Both the position numbers and the translations under genes were made by a program. The notes under the pieces are model-generated. The model ran no database searches. It saw only the letters and a program-made list of their open reading frames with translations, and was not told where the DNA came from. From the NCBI GenBank assembly GCA_963662545.2, contig CAXXLL010000002.1, forward strand, positions 2,527,135 through 2,591,134: 64,000 nt of DNA. Reading direction: 5' to 3'. Source of the stretch: Gammaproteobacteria bacterium (GTDB lineage Bacteria; Pseudomonadota; Gammaproteobacteria; Ga0077536). The stretch's first letter is position 1. Each line of letters starts with the position of its first letter. Below, one piece after another: positions 1 through 9,309 of the stretch.

Positions 1-1351
1 TGCCCTTGGGATCCAGCGCTTGCTTGAGGCGCCGCATGAGTGCGATTTCGCTTGCACTGCGCGATACCGACAGCCAGGGCTTCTTTTCGAGTCCGATGCC
101 ATGTTCCGCCGATACGGAGCCGCCAAGCGAGGCGAGCGGCTCGTAGATCGCGGTCTCGATCTCGTGCCGGTATTTCTCCGTTTCGTTACCCACGGCCACG
201 GCAAAATGAAGGTTGCCATCGCCGAGGTGGCCAAACGAGAAAAAATCGGCTTCGAAGGCACAGTCGTTCAGGCGCTGCCTGACAAGGTCGACATAGCTCG
301 CCATCGGCCGCACGGCCAGGCTGACATCGAAGAACACGATGTCGCCCACCTCGAACAAGTGTTCGACTTCGTCGCGGACGCGCCAGATGGCCGCGCCTTC
401 GCTGTTCGATTTGGCCACGATCGCATCGGCCAGCAGCCCGTCTTCGTGCGCGCGGGTCAGCGCGTTCTCGAACGTTTCCGCTTCCCTCTCTTGATTGGCG
501 CCCAGTGATTCGACGATCGCATAAAACGGCCGCTCCGGATCCATCTGCATCGCGGGGCCCCCGACCTTATCCCGCGTGTAAAGAAAATAGTCCGGCCACA
601 TGACTTCATAGGCCGACAGGTTGCCGCTCAGAGCGCCATCGAGATACGACAGGAATTTCAACACCGCCTCGTAGTTGGGAAAGGCGACCAGGGCCGTGTG
701 CTGGGCGGAGAGCGACGTACGCAGCCGGAGGACCAGGCGCGTGACGACCCCCAGCGTCCCCTCGCTGCCGATGAAAAGCTGTTTGAGATCGTATCCGGAA
801 TTGTTTTTGATCATGACATTCAGCGAGGATACGACGGTGCCGTCGGCCAGAACTGCTTCGAGGCCGAGTACGTTCTCGCGCATCATGCCATAACGGATAA
901 CCCGCAAGCCGCCGGCATTGGTTGCCACGTTCCCGCCGATCTGGCATGAACCGCGTGCGCCGAGATCGACCGGGAACATCAAGTCTTGCGCCGCCGCCGC
1001 TTCGTGGATCTGTTGGAGGAGCACGCCGGCCTGGACCGTCATCGTGCGTCCGAGCGTGTCGATATCCTCGATGGCGTTCATGCGCTCCATCGAGATGACG
1101 AGGTCCGCCGGTCCGGAATCAGCGGCGCGGACAAGGCCTGTGAGTCCGCCGTGCATGACCACCGATTGTCCGTGTTCATGACAGAGCGCCATGACCGCCG
1201 CCACTTCTTTAGTGGAAGTCGGCCGAACGATCGCCTGCGCCTGAATCGTGTCCTGGCGCCAAACACCGGCGACACGGTTCGTCACGTCCGCGCCGGTCAG
1301 TACATCACCCTTGTTCAGGACGGCCTCAATCTGTTTGACGAATTCACCCAC
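1..1351 (-). CDS. FAD-binding oxidoreductase (D-2-hydroxyacid dehydrogenase-like); 3' end runs off the window
   Basis: Manual minus-strand translation gives GGNVATNAGG, KNNSGYDLKQLFIGSEGTLG and SAEHGIG...ALDPKG. Absent from the ORF track because its stop lies outside the window. Start is approximate (GTG 1351 or 1360). Confidence 0.88.
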   Translation of the reverse strand, partial: MGEFVKQIEAVLNKGDVLTGADVTNRVAGVWRQDTIQAQAIVRPTSTKEVAAVMALCHEHGQSVVMHGGLTGLVRAADSGPADLVISMERMNAIEDIDTLGRTMTVQAGVLLQQIHEAAAAQDLMFPVDLGARGSCQIGGNVATNAGGLRVIRYGMMRENVLGLEAVLADGTVVSSLNVMIKNNSGYDLKQLFIGSEGTLGVVTRLVLRLRTSLSAQHTALVAFPNYEAVLKFLSYLDGALSGNLSAYEVMWPDYFLYTRDKVGGPAMQMDPERPFYAIVESLGANQEREAETFENALTRAHEDGLLADAIVAKSNSEGAAIWRVRDEVEHLFEVGDIVFFDVSLAVRPMASYVDLVRQRLNDCAFEADFFSFGHLGDGNLHFAVAVGNETEKYRHEIETAIYEPLASLGGSVSAEHGIGLEKKPWLSVSRSASEIALMRRLKQALDPKG

Positions 1352-1440
1352 TGTGTTCACCTCTGCAATGCTTAGCAGCCTGTCGGACCTAGGAAGAATT
1401 GACTTGGGCGTTGGGACAACGGTCCGGCTGTGCCATGGTT

Positions 1441-1573
1441 TTGTTCAGCGCGTCCCTGCGCTTCACCCCTCCGGGGCTTGCGCGAAAATTCGTTCCCGAC
1501 GAATTTTTGTTCAGCGCATCCCTGCGCTTCACCCCTCCGGGGCTTGCGCGAAAATTCGTTCCCGACGAATTTT
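1441..1573. repeat. Two tandem 66-bp REP-like units with internal hairpins
   Basis: ttgttcagcgc...gaaaattcgttcccgacgaattt starts at 1441 and again at 1507 (1 mismatch seen). Each unit contains the inverted repeat aaaattcgt/acgaatttt. Confidence 0.85.
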
Positions 1574-1704
1574 TCGTTAAATAGCCGCGCTATTCGCCGC
1601 AAACCATGACACATCCGGACTCGCTCTCCCAACCGCCGCGCTACGATTCCGTAAGTCCGACAGACTGCTAGGCGCCGCATTCTAGCGGCGCCGAGAAGCC
1701 TCGC

Positions 1705-1830
1705 ATATTTTGCGACGACCTGACTCGCAGGGTACGATTTCCGTGAGAGGCCGACCACCGCAATCGTTCGCGTAGCGGCAAGTATGCAGCGCAAAGTCAA
1801 AAGGTCGGCGTCAAACGCCCGGGCGTTCAC
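1705..1830 (-). pseudogene. N-terminal remnant of a CoA-binding (YccU-like) protein
   Basis: ILAATRTIAVVGLSRKSYPASQVVAKY resembles the start of this family; similarity is lost afterwards. Confidence 0.6.
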
Positions 1831-3016
1831 GAATGCGGTCCAAAGTGATTTCGTCGACCCGCCTGCAACCGAGCAGGGCCATATCGCGGATCACCTCCGC
1901 CCGTAGGAGCTCGAGCGCCCGGGCAACGCCCGCGCGCCCACCGACCCCGAGTCCGAACAAATACGGTCTGCCTACCATGCAGGCCTTGGCGCCGAGAGCG
2001 AGGGCTTTGAGAACGTCCGTTCCGCGCCTTACACCGCCATCGAGTATCACCTCGACGCGATCGCCCACCGCTTTGGTCACATCGGCAAGAAGGCTGATCG
2101 GGGACGCCGCAGAATCAAGTTGCCGGCCCCCGTGATTTGACAGTATCACCGCATTAGCGCCGATATCGGCGGCACGAACGGCATCTTCGACGCTGGCAAT
2201 GCCCTTGACGGCAAACGGACCCTTCCACTGCTCGACCATCCACGCGGCGTCGTCCCATTTGACGGTCGGATCGAACTGTTTCTGCAAATACTCCACCAGG
2301 GTCGTGACATCGTGATCATCGACCGGCGCCTTGTGTGCGACGTTCGATAGTTGAAACGGTTGTCCCGACAGAACGTACTTGAGTGACCACAGGGGATGGA
2401 AGAAGAAATCGAGGTAGCTGGCGAGAGACAACTGCGGCGGAATGGTCATGCCGCTATAGAGGTCCCGTTCACGGTTTCCCGGTACAGGAACGTCGATCGT
2501 CAGGATCAACGCGTGATATTTCACCGCCCGGCAACGCTCGAAAAACTCGAGGATCAGATCGCGGTCGCGAAAGACGTAGAGCTGAAACCACTTGGGGCCG
2601 GAACAGACTTCGGCGACTTCCTCGATTGAATACGTGCTGACGGTCGACAGCGAATAGACCGTGCCCGCGTCCGCGGCCGCCGCCGATGCCGCCAGTTCAC
2701 CGTCGTTATTGAACAGGCGCGACATGCCGGTCGGTGCCAGCACGATGGGCAGATCGATGTGCTGACCCATGATCTCGGTCGAGGGATCGATCTCGCCGAC
2801 GTCGACCAAGTATCGCGGTAGCAAATCATAACGATTGAAGTCGCTCTGGTTGCGATTCAGCGTGATTTCGTCGTCCGCCGCGCCATCCATGTAATCGAAC
2901 ATCGGACGCGGGACGCGTCGTTTGGCGTAACGCCGGAGATCACGGATATTGTGGCAGCGCTTGAGACACCAGTGAGCGACGGCGTCGTCGAGGCGGGTAA
3001 TAAATGCAGGAACCAT
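1811..3016 (-). CDS. lldD: FMN-dependent alpha-hydroxy acid oxidase / L-lactate dehydrogenase
   Basis: FDYMDGAADDE, SNHGGRQLD, DGGVRRGTDVLKALALGA. Confidence 0.88.
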   Translation of the reverse strand: MVPAFITRLDDAVAHWCLKRCHNIRDLRRYAKRRVPRPMFDYMDGAADDEITLNRNQSDFNRYDLLPRYLVDVGEIDPSTEIMGQHIDLPIVLAPTGMSRLFNNDGELAASAAAADAGTVYSLSTVSTYSIEEVAEVCSGPKWFQLYVFRDRDLILEFFERCRAVKYHALILTIDVPVPGNRERDLYSGMTIPPQLSLASYLDFFFHPLWSLKYVLSGQPFQLSNVAHKAPVDDHDVTTLVEYLQKQFDPTVKWDDAAWMVEQWKGPFAVKGIASVEDAVRAADIGANAVILSNHGGRQLDSAASPISLLADVTKAVGDRVEVILDGGVRRGTDVLKALALGAKACMVGRPYLFGLGVGGRAGVARALELLRAEVIRDMALLGCRRVDEITLDRIRERPGV

Positions 3017-3082
3017 GGAAACTATCCGCAATACTTTCAGTCGCTGAACGATAGCAGACCTTGAACGCCGTCGGCGACGGCT

Positions 3083-4864
3083 TCAGAAGGACGCTGTGTC
3101 CAGCGCCACGACGGCAGCGGATCCATCCACGATGGCATGCGCCAGAGCCGATGCGGTCGGCATGATCTGCGCGGCGTAAAAGCTCGCGGTCGCGAGTTTG
3201 GACTCGTAGAATGCGGTGTCTCCCGTACCCGCATCGAGCCGACCCTGGCTCGTGCGCGCCGATTCCGCCATCATCCAGCCGCCACAGACGACACCGCATA
3301 GCTGAAGATAATTGCCGGCGGCGGCGGCAGCCAAGCGCGGATCATCGGTCGTCTTCAGGATCCATTCTAACGCCCGCTCGAACTCGGAGACGCCGGCCTC
3401 GACAGCATTGCGTACCGCCGCAACCCGGCCGGCGGCGTTCTTTAGCGACGCCACGGATGCCCGCATATCCGCGATCAGTTCTCGCACACCCTGCCCGCCG
3501 TCGCGCAAGGTTTTACGACCGATGAGATCGCCGGCCTGGATACCGGTCGTGCCTTCATAAATGGTCGTGATGCGGACGTCGCGCAGGTACTGTGCCGCGC
3601 CCGTCTCCTCGACGTATCCCATACCGCCGTGGACTTGCACACCGAGCGACGCAACCTGTTGTCCCATTTCGGTACTGTATCCCTTGACGATCGGAGTCAG
3701 CAGATCGCCGCGCCGCGCGGCCAAGGCTTGGCGTTCGGGATCTGGATGACGATCGGCTGCATCGTACTCCCAGGCGCAATGATAGGTCAGCGCGCGCATT
3801 GCTTCGACTTGCGACTTCATCGTCATGAGCATTTTCTTGACGTCCGGGTGCTCGATGATCGTCGCCCGTTCGCCGGCCCCGGCGGGCTGTCCCTGAACGC
3901 GTTCGCGGGCGTACTTCAGCGCATGCTGATAGGCTGCTTCTCCAATCGCCACGCCTTCCCGTCCGACCGCATGCCGCGCCGCATTCATCATCGTGAACAT
4001 ATACATCAGCCCGCGGTTTTCTTCGCCCACGAGATAGCCGGTCGCGCCGCCGTGGTCCCCGTAGGACAATACGGCCGTCGGGCTGCCGTGGATCCCAAGC
4101 TTGTGTTCGATGGAAACGCAGTGCACGTCATTGCGATCACCAACGCTGCCGTCGCCGTTGACGAGAAATTTAGGGACGACGAACAAGGAAGTGCCACGGG
4201 TGCCGTCGGGCGCTCCGGGCGTGCGCGCGAGCACCAGGTGAACGATATTTTCAGTCAGGTCGTGCTCGCCGTAGGTTATGAAGATCTTTTGCCCCGTGAT
4301 GAGGTAATGGTCGCCCTCCGGCACCGCCTTGGTGCTCACGGCGCCGAGGTCGGATCCGGCCTGCGGCTCGGTCAAATTCATCGTGCCGGACCAGACACCG
4401 GTGACGAGTTTTTCGAGGTAGGTGTTCTTTAGTGATTCGCTGCCGTGGCGTTCGATCGCTTCGATAGCGCCCGCCGTCAACAGCGGGCATAGCGAAAACG
4501 CCATGTTGGCGGAATCCCACATCTCCGATACCGCCGTCGCGATCAATTTTGGCAGACCCTGTCCGCCATACTCCGGGCTCATCGCGAGACCATTCCATCC
4601 GCTCTCGCAAAACGTCCGGTAGGCGTCCTTCCAGCCTTCCGGCGTGCACACCACGTCGCCTTTCAGCCGGCTGCCTTGGAGATCACCCACACGATTCAAG
4701 GGACCGAGCAATTCCTGCGCAAGCTTGGCCGCTTCCTCCAGCACGGCGTCGGACAGATCTTCGCTAACTTCATCGAATCCCCGCAGTTGTTTGATGCGCG
4801 CGAATCCGACGAGTTCGTTGATGACGAACCTCATATCGCGCACGGGTGCAGCGTAATCCATCAT
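3083..4864 (-). CDS. Acyl-CoA dehydrogenase (~590 aa type)
   Basis: TMNLTEPQAGSDLG, KIFITYGEHD, VQVHGGMGY, IYEGTTGIQA. Confidence 0.93.
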   Translation of the reverse strand: MMDYAAPVRDMRFVINELVGFARIKQLRGFDEVSEDLSDAVLEEAAKLAQELLGPLNRVGDLQGSRLKGDVVCTPEGWKDAYRTFCESGWNGLAMSPEYGGQGLPKLIATAVSEMWDSANMAFSLCPLLTAGAIEAIERHGSESLKNTYLEKLVTGVWSGTMNLTEPQAGSDLGAVSTKAVPEGDHYLITGQKIFITYGEHDLTENIVHLVLARTPGAPDGTRGTSLFVVPKFLVNGDGSVGDRNDVHCVSIEHKLGIHGSPTAVLSYGDHGGATGYLVGEENRGLMYMFTMMNAARHAVGREGVAIGEAAYQHALKYARERVQGQPAGAGERATIIEHPDVKKMLMTMKSQVEAMRALTYHCAWEYDAADRHPDPERQALAARRGDLLTPIVKGYSTEMGQQVASLGVQVHGGMGYVEETGAAQYLRDVRITTIYEGTTGIQAGDLIGRKTLRDGGQGVRELIADMRASVASLKNAAGRVAAVRNAVEAGVSEFERALEWILKTTDDPRLAAAAAGNYLQLCGVVCGGWMMAESARTSQGRLDAGTGDTAFYESKLATASFYAAQIMPTASALAHAIVDGSAAVVALDTASF

Positions 4865-4902
4865 GAATCAGTAGTCTCCGGCGTCGTGCGACGGACTTTT
4901 TA

Positions 4903-5066
4903 GGGAACCTCTGAATAAGTCATGATGCGGGTGAATGGTGCATGAAATCGTGCAGATCAAGGCACGAATCGCAGGCCATAGCAGGGACTATGGGCAAGAT
5001 GCGTAGCGTAAGGCTCCGCGATTTCAGGCGCCAGGCCGGTGTGCCATAACTTATTCAGAGGTTCCC
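4903..5066. mobile_element. ~164-bp MITE, family A
   Basis: Terminal inverted repeats gggaacctctgaataagt / acttattcagaggttccc, TA on both flanks, non-coding; homolog at 9145. Confidence 0.85.
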
Positions 5067-5219
5067 TAAATATTACGGGCAGGACATTGACACCATTGTG
5101 TCAATTTCGCAGCCCGATGAAAAATCCTTTCAGCCAAGGCAGGCCGACGCTCGCCCGCGATGTGACGAGCAGGCCGATGATTCAATCGAATTCCGCGGCG
5201 GTGACCGCGGCGCAGGCGA

Positions 5220-7286
5220 TTACACCGAGGCTAGAACGGGGATCAGTCCGAGATCGATCGGACCCTTGTCGATGACTTCGATCTGCCTGGTAGGCAAACC
5301 GTTGCGCGAGCGCGCATACATGGCAAGCGCCCACAAGGGAAAGTAGTGGCTGTAGCCGTGATAGCGTAGGTAGAACACGCGCGGAAAACCGGTCCCCGTA
5401 TATTCTTCCTCATCCCATTCGCCGGCTTCGTTCTGATTACTAAGGAGGTACTCGATGCCCCGGTGGACCTGCGGTGAATTCACCTCGCCGACGGCCATGA
5501 GGCCGATCAGGGCCCAGGCCGTCTGGGACGCAGTACTGACGCCGTGGCCGGCCAGGCCCGTGTCGTCATAGGTATTACAGCTTTCGCCCCAACCGTCGTC
5601 TCCATTCTGGTGATCCTGCAGCCATTGGACAGCTTTTCTTACGTAGGGCTTGGCCACATCCTCGCCAATGGCGCCAAGCGCGGACAACACGCTCCAGGTG
5701 CCATAGATGTAATTGACACCCCAGCGTCCGTACCAGCTACCGTCTTCCTCCTGATCGCGCTCCAGAAAATCGAGCGCACGGCGTACCGGAGGATAACTCG
5801 CGTCATAGCCCAGCATGGCCAGGAGTTCGATGCACCTCGCGGTGAGATCCGCCGTACCGGGGTCGACCAGCGCACCGTGGTCCGCGAACGGAATTTTGTT
5901 CAGGGATTCATATTTGTTCCCGATATCGAAGGCGCCCCAACTGCCATCGGGATTCTGCATGCCCATCACCCAATTCAGTGCCTGGTTGATGCGCTTTTTC
6001 TTGTGCTCCTTGTCGTGCGCGCCGGCGCGCAGCAGCGACATCAAGACCATCCCCGTGTCGTCGACATCCGGATATTTGTCGTTCTCGTATTGAAATGCCC
6101 AGCCGCCGGATTCGAGTCCGGGCGCCTGGTCCATCCAATCACCCCCGACAAAAATCTGATGGTCGAACAACCATTCCACGGCTTGCTGAACGGCAGGGTG
6201 ATCGGCCTGAGCGCCAACTTCGGTCAGCGCTGCAAGCGACAGACAGGTGTCCCACACCGGCGACACGCACGGCTGGCAGAGCGTTTCTTTCTCGCCGTCC
6301 AGTACGAGATCCTCGATCGCCTCAACGGTACGAACCAGGTCCGCGTCGTCTTCAGCGGCCCCCACTAATTTTAAGGCCATCGCTGCGTTCGCCATCGCCG
6401 GGTAGATCGCACCGATACCGCCCTTGCCCTTGGTATGGTCGCGCATCCAGCTTTCAGCGCGGTTCAGCGCCCGCCTACGGATCCATTGGGGGATGCAAGG
6501 ATCGATGATCTTCAGGACTCGATCGAGCGCGGTGAAGCAACTCTTGAGCGGTTCGCCCGCATGAAACCTGTCGAGGTGACGAAGTTTCGAAGGCGACGTC
6601 AGGAACAGTTCTGAAATACCGAGTTTCTCGTCGACATCGACTACCGGCCGCTTGGCGAAAATGATCAACAACGGCACGATCACGCATCTAGACCAGTACG
6701 AAACTTTGCTCAGGTTGAAATACCACCAACGCGGCAGAAGCATGATTTCGACCGGCATGGCCGGCACCGTGCACCACGGAAGCTGGCCGAATATAGCTAG
6801 TGAAATGCGGGTGAACACGTTGACTTTTTCCGCCCCGCCGTTAGTCCGTACCCAACGCCGCGCCCGCACCATATAGGGCGCGTCGACGGAATGCCCCATC
6901 ATCTTGAGGGCGAAATAGGCCTTTACCGTTGCGCTCAGATTGCCCGGCCCACGATGGTAGAGCGGCCAGGATCCGTATTGGTTTTGTCGCCGACGCAGGT
7001 AGCGCGCGATTTTTTCCTCTCGCAGTTTATTGGTACGGCCGAGAAAGTGTTGCAGCAAGATGTATTCCGACGGGATGGTCGCGTCGGCTTCGAGATCGAA
7101 GCGCCAATGCCCGTCGGTGGCTTGCTCGCCAAGCAGGTTATTCGCCGCCTTTCTCACTGCTTCGCGAACGGGGTCGGCCACTCTTTCGAGCGGATGAACG
7201 GCTTGTTGTTCCAGGATAGCTTCCGCCGATGCAGCATCGTGCGCCGATACCACCCGCGAAAAAGTTTTGTATTGTTCTTCGATCAT
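5220..7286 (-). CDS. shc: Squalene-hopene cyclase
   Basis: Catalytic DVDDTG motif, QxxxGxW repeats, TGTGFPRVFYLRYH. Confidence 0.96.
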   Translation of the reverse strand: MIEEQYKTFSRVVSAHDAASAEAILEQQAVHPLERVADPVREAVRKAANNLLGEQATDGHWRFDLEADATIPSEYILLQHFLGRTNKLREEKIARYLRRRQNQYGSWPLYHRGPGNLSATVKAYFALKMMGHSVDAPYMVRARRWVRTNGGAEKVNVFTRISLAIFGQLPWCTVPAMPVEIMLLPRWWYFNLSKVSYWSRCVIVPLLIIFAKRPVVDVDEKLGISELFLTSPSKLRHLDRFHAGEPLKSCFTALDRVLKIIDPCIPQWIRRRALNRAESWMRDHTKGKGGIGAIYPAMANAAMALKLVGAAEDDADLVRTVEAIEDLVLDGEKETLCQPCVSPVWDTCLSLAALTEVGAQADHPAVQQAVEWLFDHQIFVGGDWMDQAPGLESGGWAFQYENDKYPDVDDTGMVLMSLLRAGAHDKEHKKKRINQALNWVMGMQNPDGSWGAFDIGNKYESLNKIPFADHGALVDPGTADLTARCIELLAMLGYDASYPPVRRALDFLERDQEEDGSWYGRWGVNYIYGTWSVLSALGAIGEDVAKPYVRKAVQWLQDHQNGDDGWGESCNTYDDTGLAGHGVSTASQTAWALIGLMAVGEVNSPQVHRGIEYLLSNQNEAGEWDEEEYTGTGFPRVFYLRYHGYSHYFPLWALAMYARSRNGLPTRQIEVIDKGPIDLGLIPVLASV

Positions 7287-7998
7287 GTTCCGTAAAACCT
7301 ACCAGCCCCAAAAAAACACGTGGCCGCGCTCACGATATGAGCGTCACCAGCGACACGTGATCCATGACCGATATCCATCGATTCGATATCGGCCCTTTCC
7401 AATCCGTCAGCATGAGAACACAGCCTTGCCGCGTAGTTCCCCACGTTGAAATATGCCATTCCAACGCACCGGACGAATGTGCCAGGTGCTGCTCTAACAT
7501 GAAGCCCGTGTTTCGAAGCACTGTGCGCGACGGCGCATTGGATCGATCTCGACCATGCATACTCTGTAGTAATCCAATGCGATCAAATAAGGGGCAGGCC
7601 GTTGCATCACCGTACACCTGCCCGGTGGCGCGACCTTCTTTCCCCTGTTCGTTGATTGCTGTGCCAAGCAAGTGTCCGTTATTGTTACCGCTGCCATCGA
7701 AACGCTGGTATTCCGGGCCAGATTACCTGTTGGCTGTCTGTCTGTGCGCGATGCCGCCGTGCCAACATCGTCTTTAGTTGTTGTAATCAGACGCCGTTAT
7801 TCTATTGAACGCACGTCTGATTGCAAGGATTTAGGCGCAAATTTGTACTATCCGCAACATCTTTTGATGTAAAAATGCGACACCTGTTCGCGGTACGAAA
7901 CCCTCCATATACCCGGCGCGGGTCGGTTGTCGCCGCAGGAAATGGTAATTAGACCGTGGGCCCGGACCACCCTACGACCCACGCCGCGCAGCGGTAGA

Positions 7999-8086
7999 TG
8001 GTGCCCGGGGCCGGAATCGAACCGGCACGGCCGCATTGGCCGGCGGATTTTAAGTCCGCTGCGTCTACCTATTCCGCCACCCGGGC
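7999..8086 (-). tRNA. leuZ: tRNA-Leu(TAA)
   Basis: Cloverleaf with variable arm, anticodon TAA, TTCGA T-loop, CCA end. Confidence 0.95.
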
Positions 8087-8107
8087 CGTTCGGCTTTAAC
8101 CGAAAAA

Positions 8108-8181
8108 TGGAGGCTGGGACCCGAATCGAACGGGCGTACACGGCTTTGCAGGCCGCTGCATAACCACTCTGCCACCCAGCC
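8108..8181 (-). tRNA. cysT: tRNA-Cys(GCA)
   Basis: 74 nt, anticodon GCA, CCA end. Confidence 0.95.
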
Positions 8182-8269
8182 TTTGTGTCGATAAGAGCTC
8201 GCCTGTCAGTCGATTCGAAAAGGCTGCACAAACGAAAACCCCGCCTGCGCGGGGTTTCGGCCGTGATAT

Positions 8270-8345
<76 letters not shown>

Positions 8346-8491
8346 GTTGCCAGCCTAGCTTTCCTGTCCTCAAGAGCGCCGCGAAATCACGCGTCGCGAG
8401 ACCGCACCATCGAGCGTCCCGAGCCCACTGCCGCAGCATTGTAACGGTGGCACTTGACCTGTCAAGAAATCGTGGAACACCGTGAAAAGTC

Positions 8492-9049
8492 TCAAGATTC
8501 CGACAGATCGGGCCAGGCGAGAACGAGGTATACGACCATCGTCCACAGGGTCATGACCATCGCGACATAGAGCATCGCCATGCCGACCCAATAAAACCAG
8601 ACCGGGGCTTCGTCAGCCGCGCCGATGATGAGCAAGACCAGCGCCGACATCTGCAGCACGGTTTTCACCTTGCCCAAGCTCGAAACAGCGACCTTCTTTC
8701 GCGCGCCGATTTCCGCCATCCATTCGCGCAATGCTGACACCGCAATCTCGCGTCCGATGATCACCGCGACGGGCAGTGCCAGCCACAGACTCGGCTGCGC
8801 CTGCAGCAAAATGACCAGGACGACCACCACCATTAGCTTGTCGGCGACGGGATCGAGAAACGCGCCGAACCGAGAGGTCTGGTTCAAGCGCCGGGCAAGA
8901 AATCCGTCCGCCCAATCGGTCAGCGCCGCGACGCCGAAGACGGCCGCCGCTACGATTGGTGCGCGAGCGAACGGCAGGTGATAGCACACCGCAAAACACG
9001 GGATCAAGGCGATCCGAACGAAGGTGAGAATGTTAGGCAGGGTCAACAT
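8492..9049 (-). CDS. pgsA: CDP-diacylglycerol--glycerol-3-phosphate 3-phosphatidyltransferase
   Basis: TDWADGFLARRLNQTSRFGAFLDPVADK motif; lies between uvrC and tRNA-Gly. Confidence 0.96.
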   Translation of the reverse strand: MLTLPNILTFVRIALIPCFAVCYHLPFARAPIVAAAVFGVAALTDWADGFLARRLNQTSRFGAFLDPVADKLMVVVVLVILLQAQPSLWLALPVAVIIGREIAVSALREWMAEIGARKKVAVSSLGKVKTVLQMSALVLLIIGAADEAPVWFYWVGMAMLYVAMVMTLWTMVVYLVLAWPDLSES

Positions 9050-9144
9050 GGAACCGACCGTTTGCTAGGGCCATCCCGCTCGGCTGCGGGCACGCTTAAA
9101 CAACACGTGCGCTCTGCAACGTTGAGCCCTACTGGCGAGACTTT

Positions 9145-9309
9145 AGGAACCTCTGAATAAGTCACGGTGCGTCTGAATGGTTCATGCAATGGTGCAGGTC
9201 AACGCACGAATCGCAGCCCATAGCGGGGACTATGGGTAAGGTTACGTAACGTAAGGCTCCGCGATTTCATGGGCAAGGCAGATGGGCCATGACTTTTTCA
9301 GAGCTTCCT
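9145..9309. mobile_element. MITE family A, diverged second copy between uvrC and pgsA
   Basis: ggaacctctgaataagtca ... tgactttttcagagcttcc; interior colinear with 4903-5066. Confidence 0.8.
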
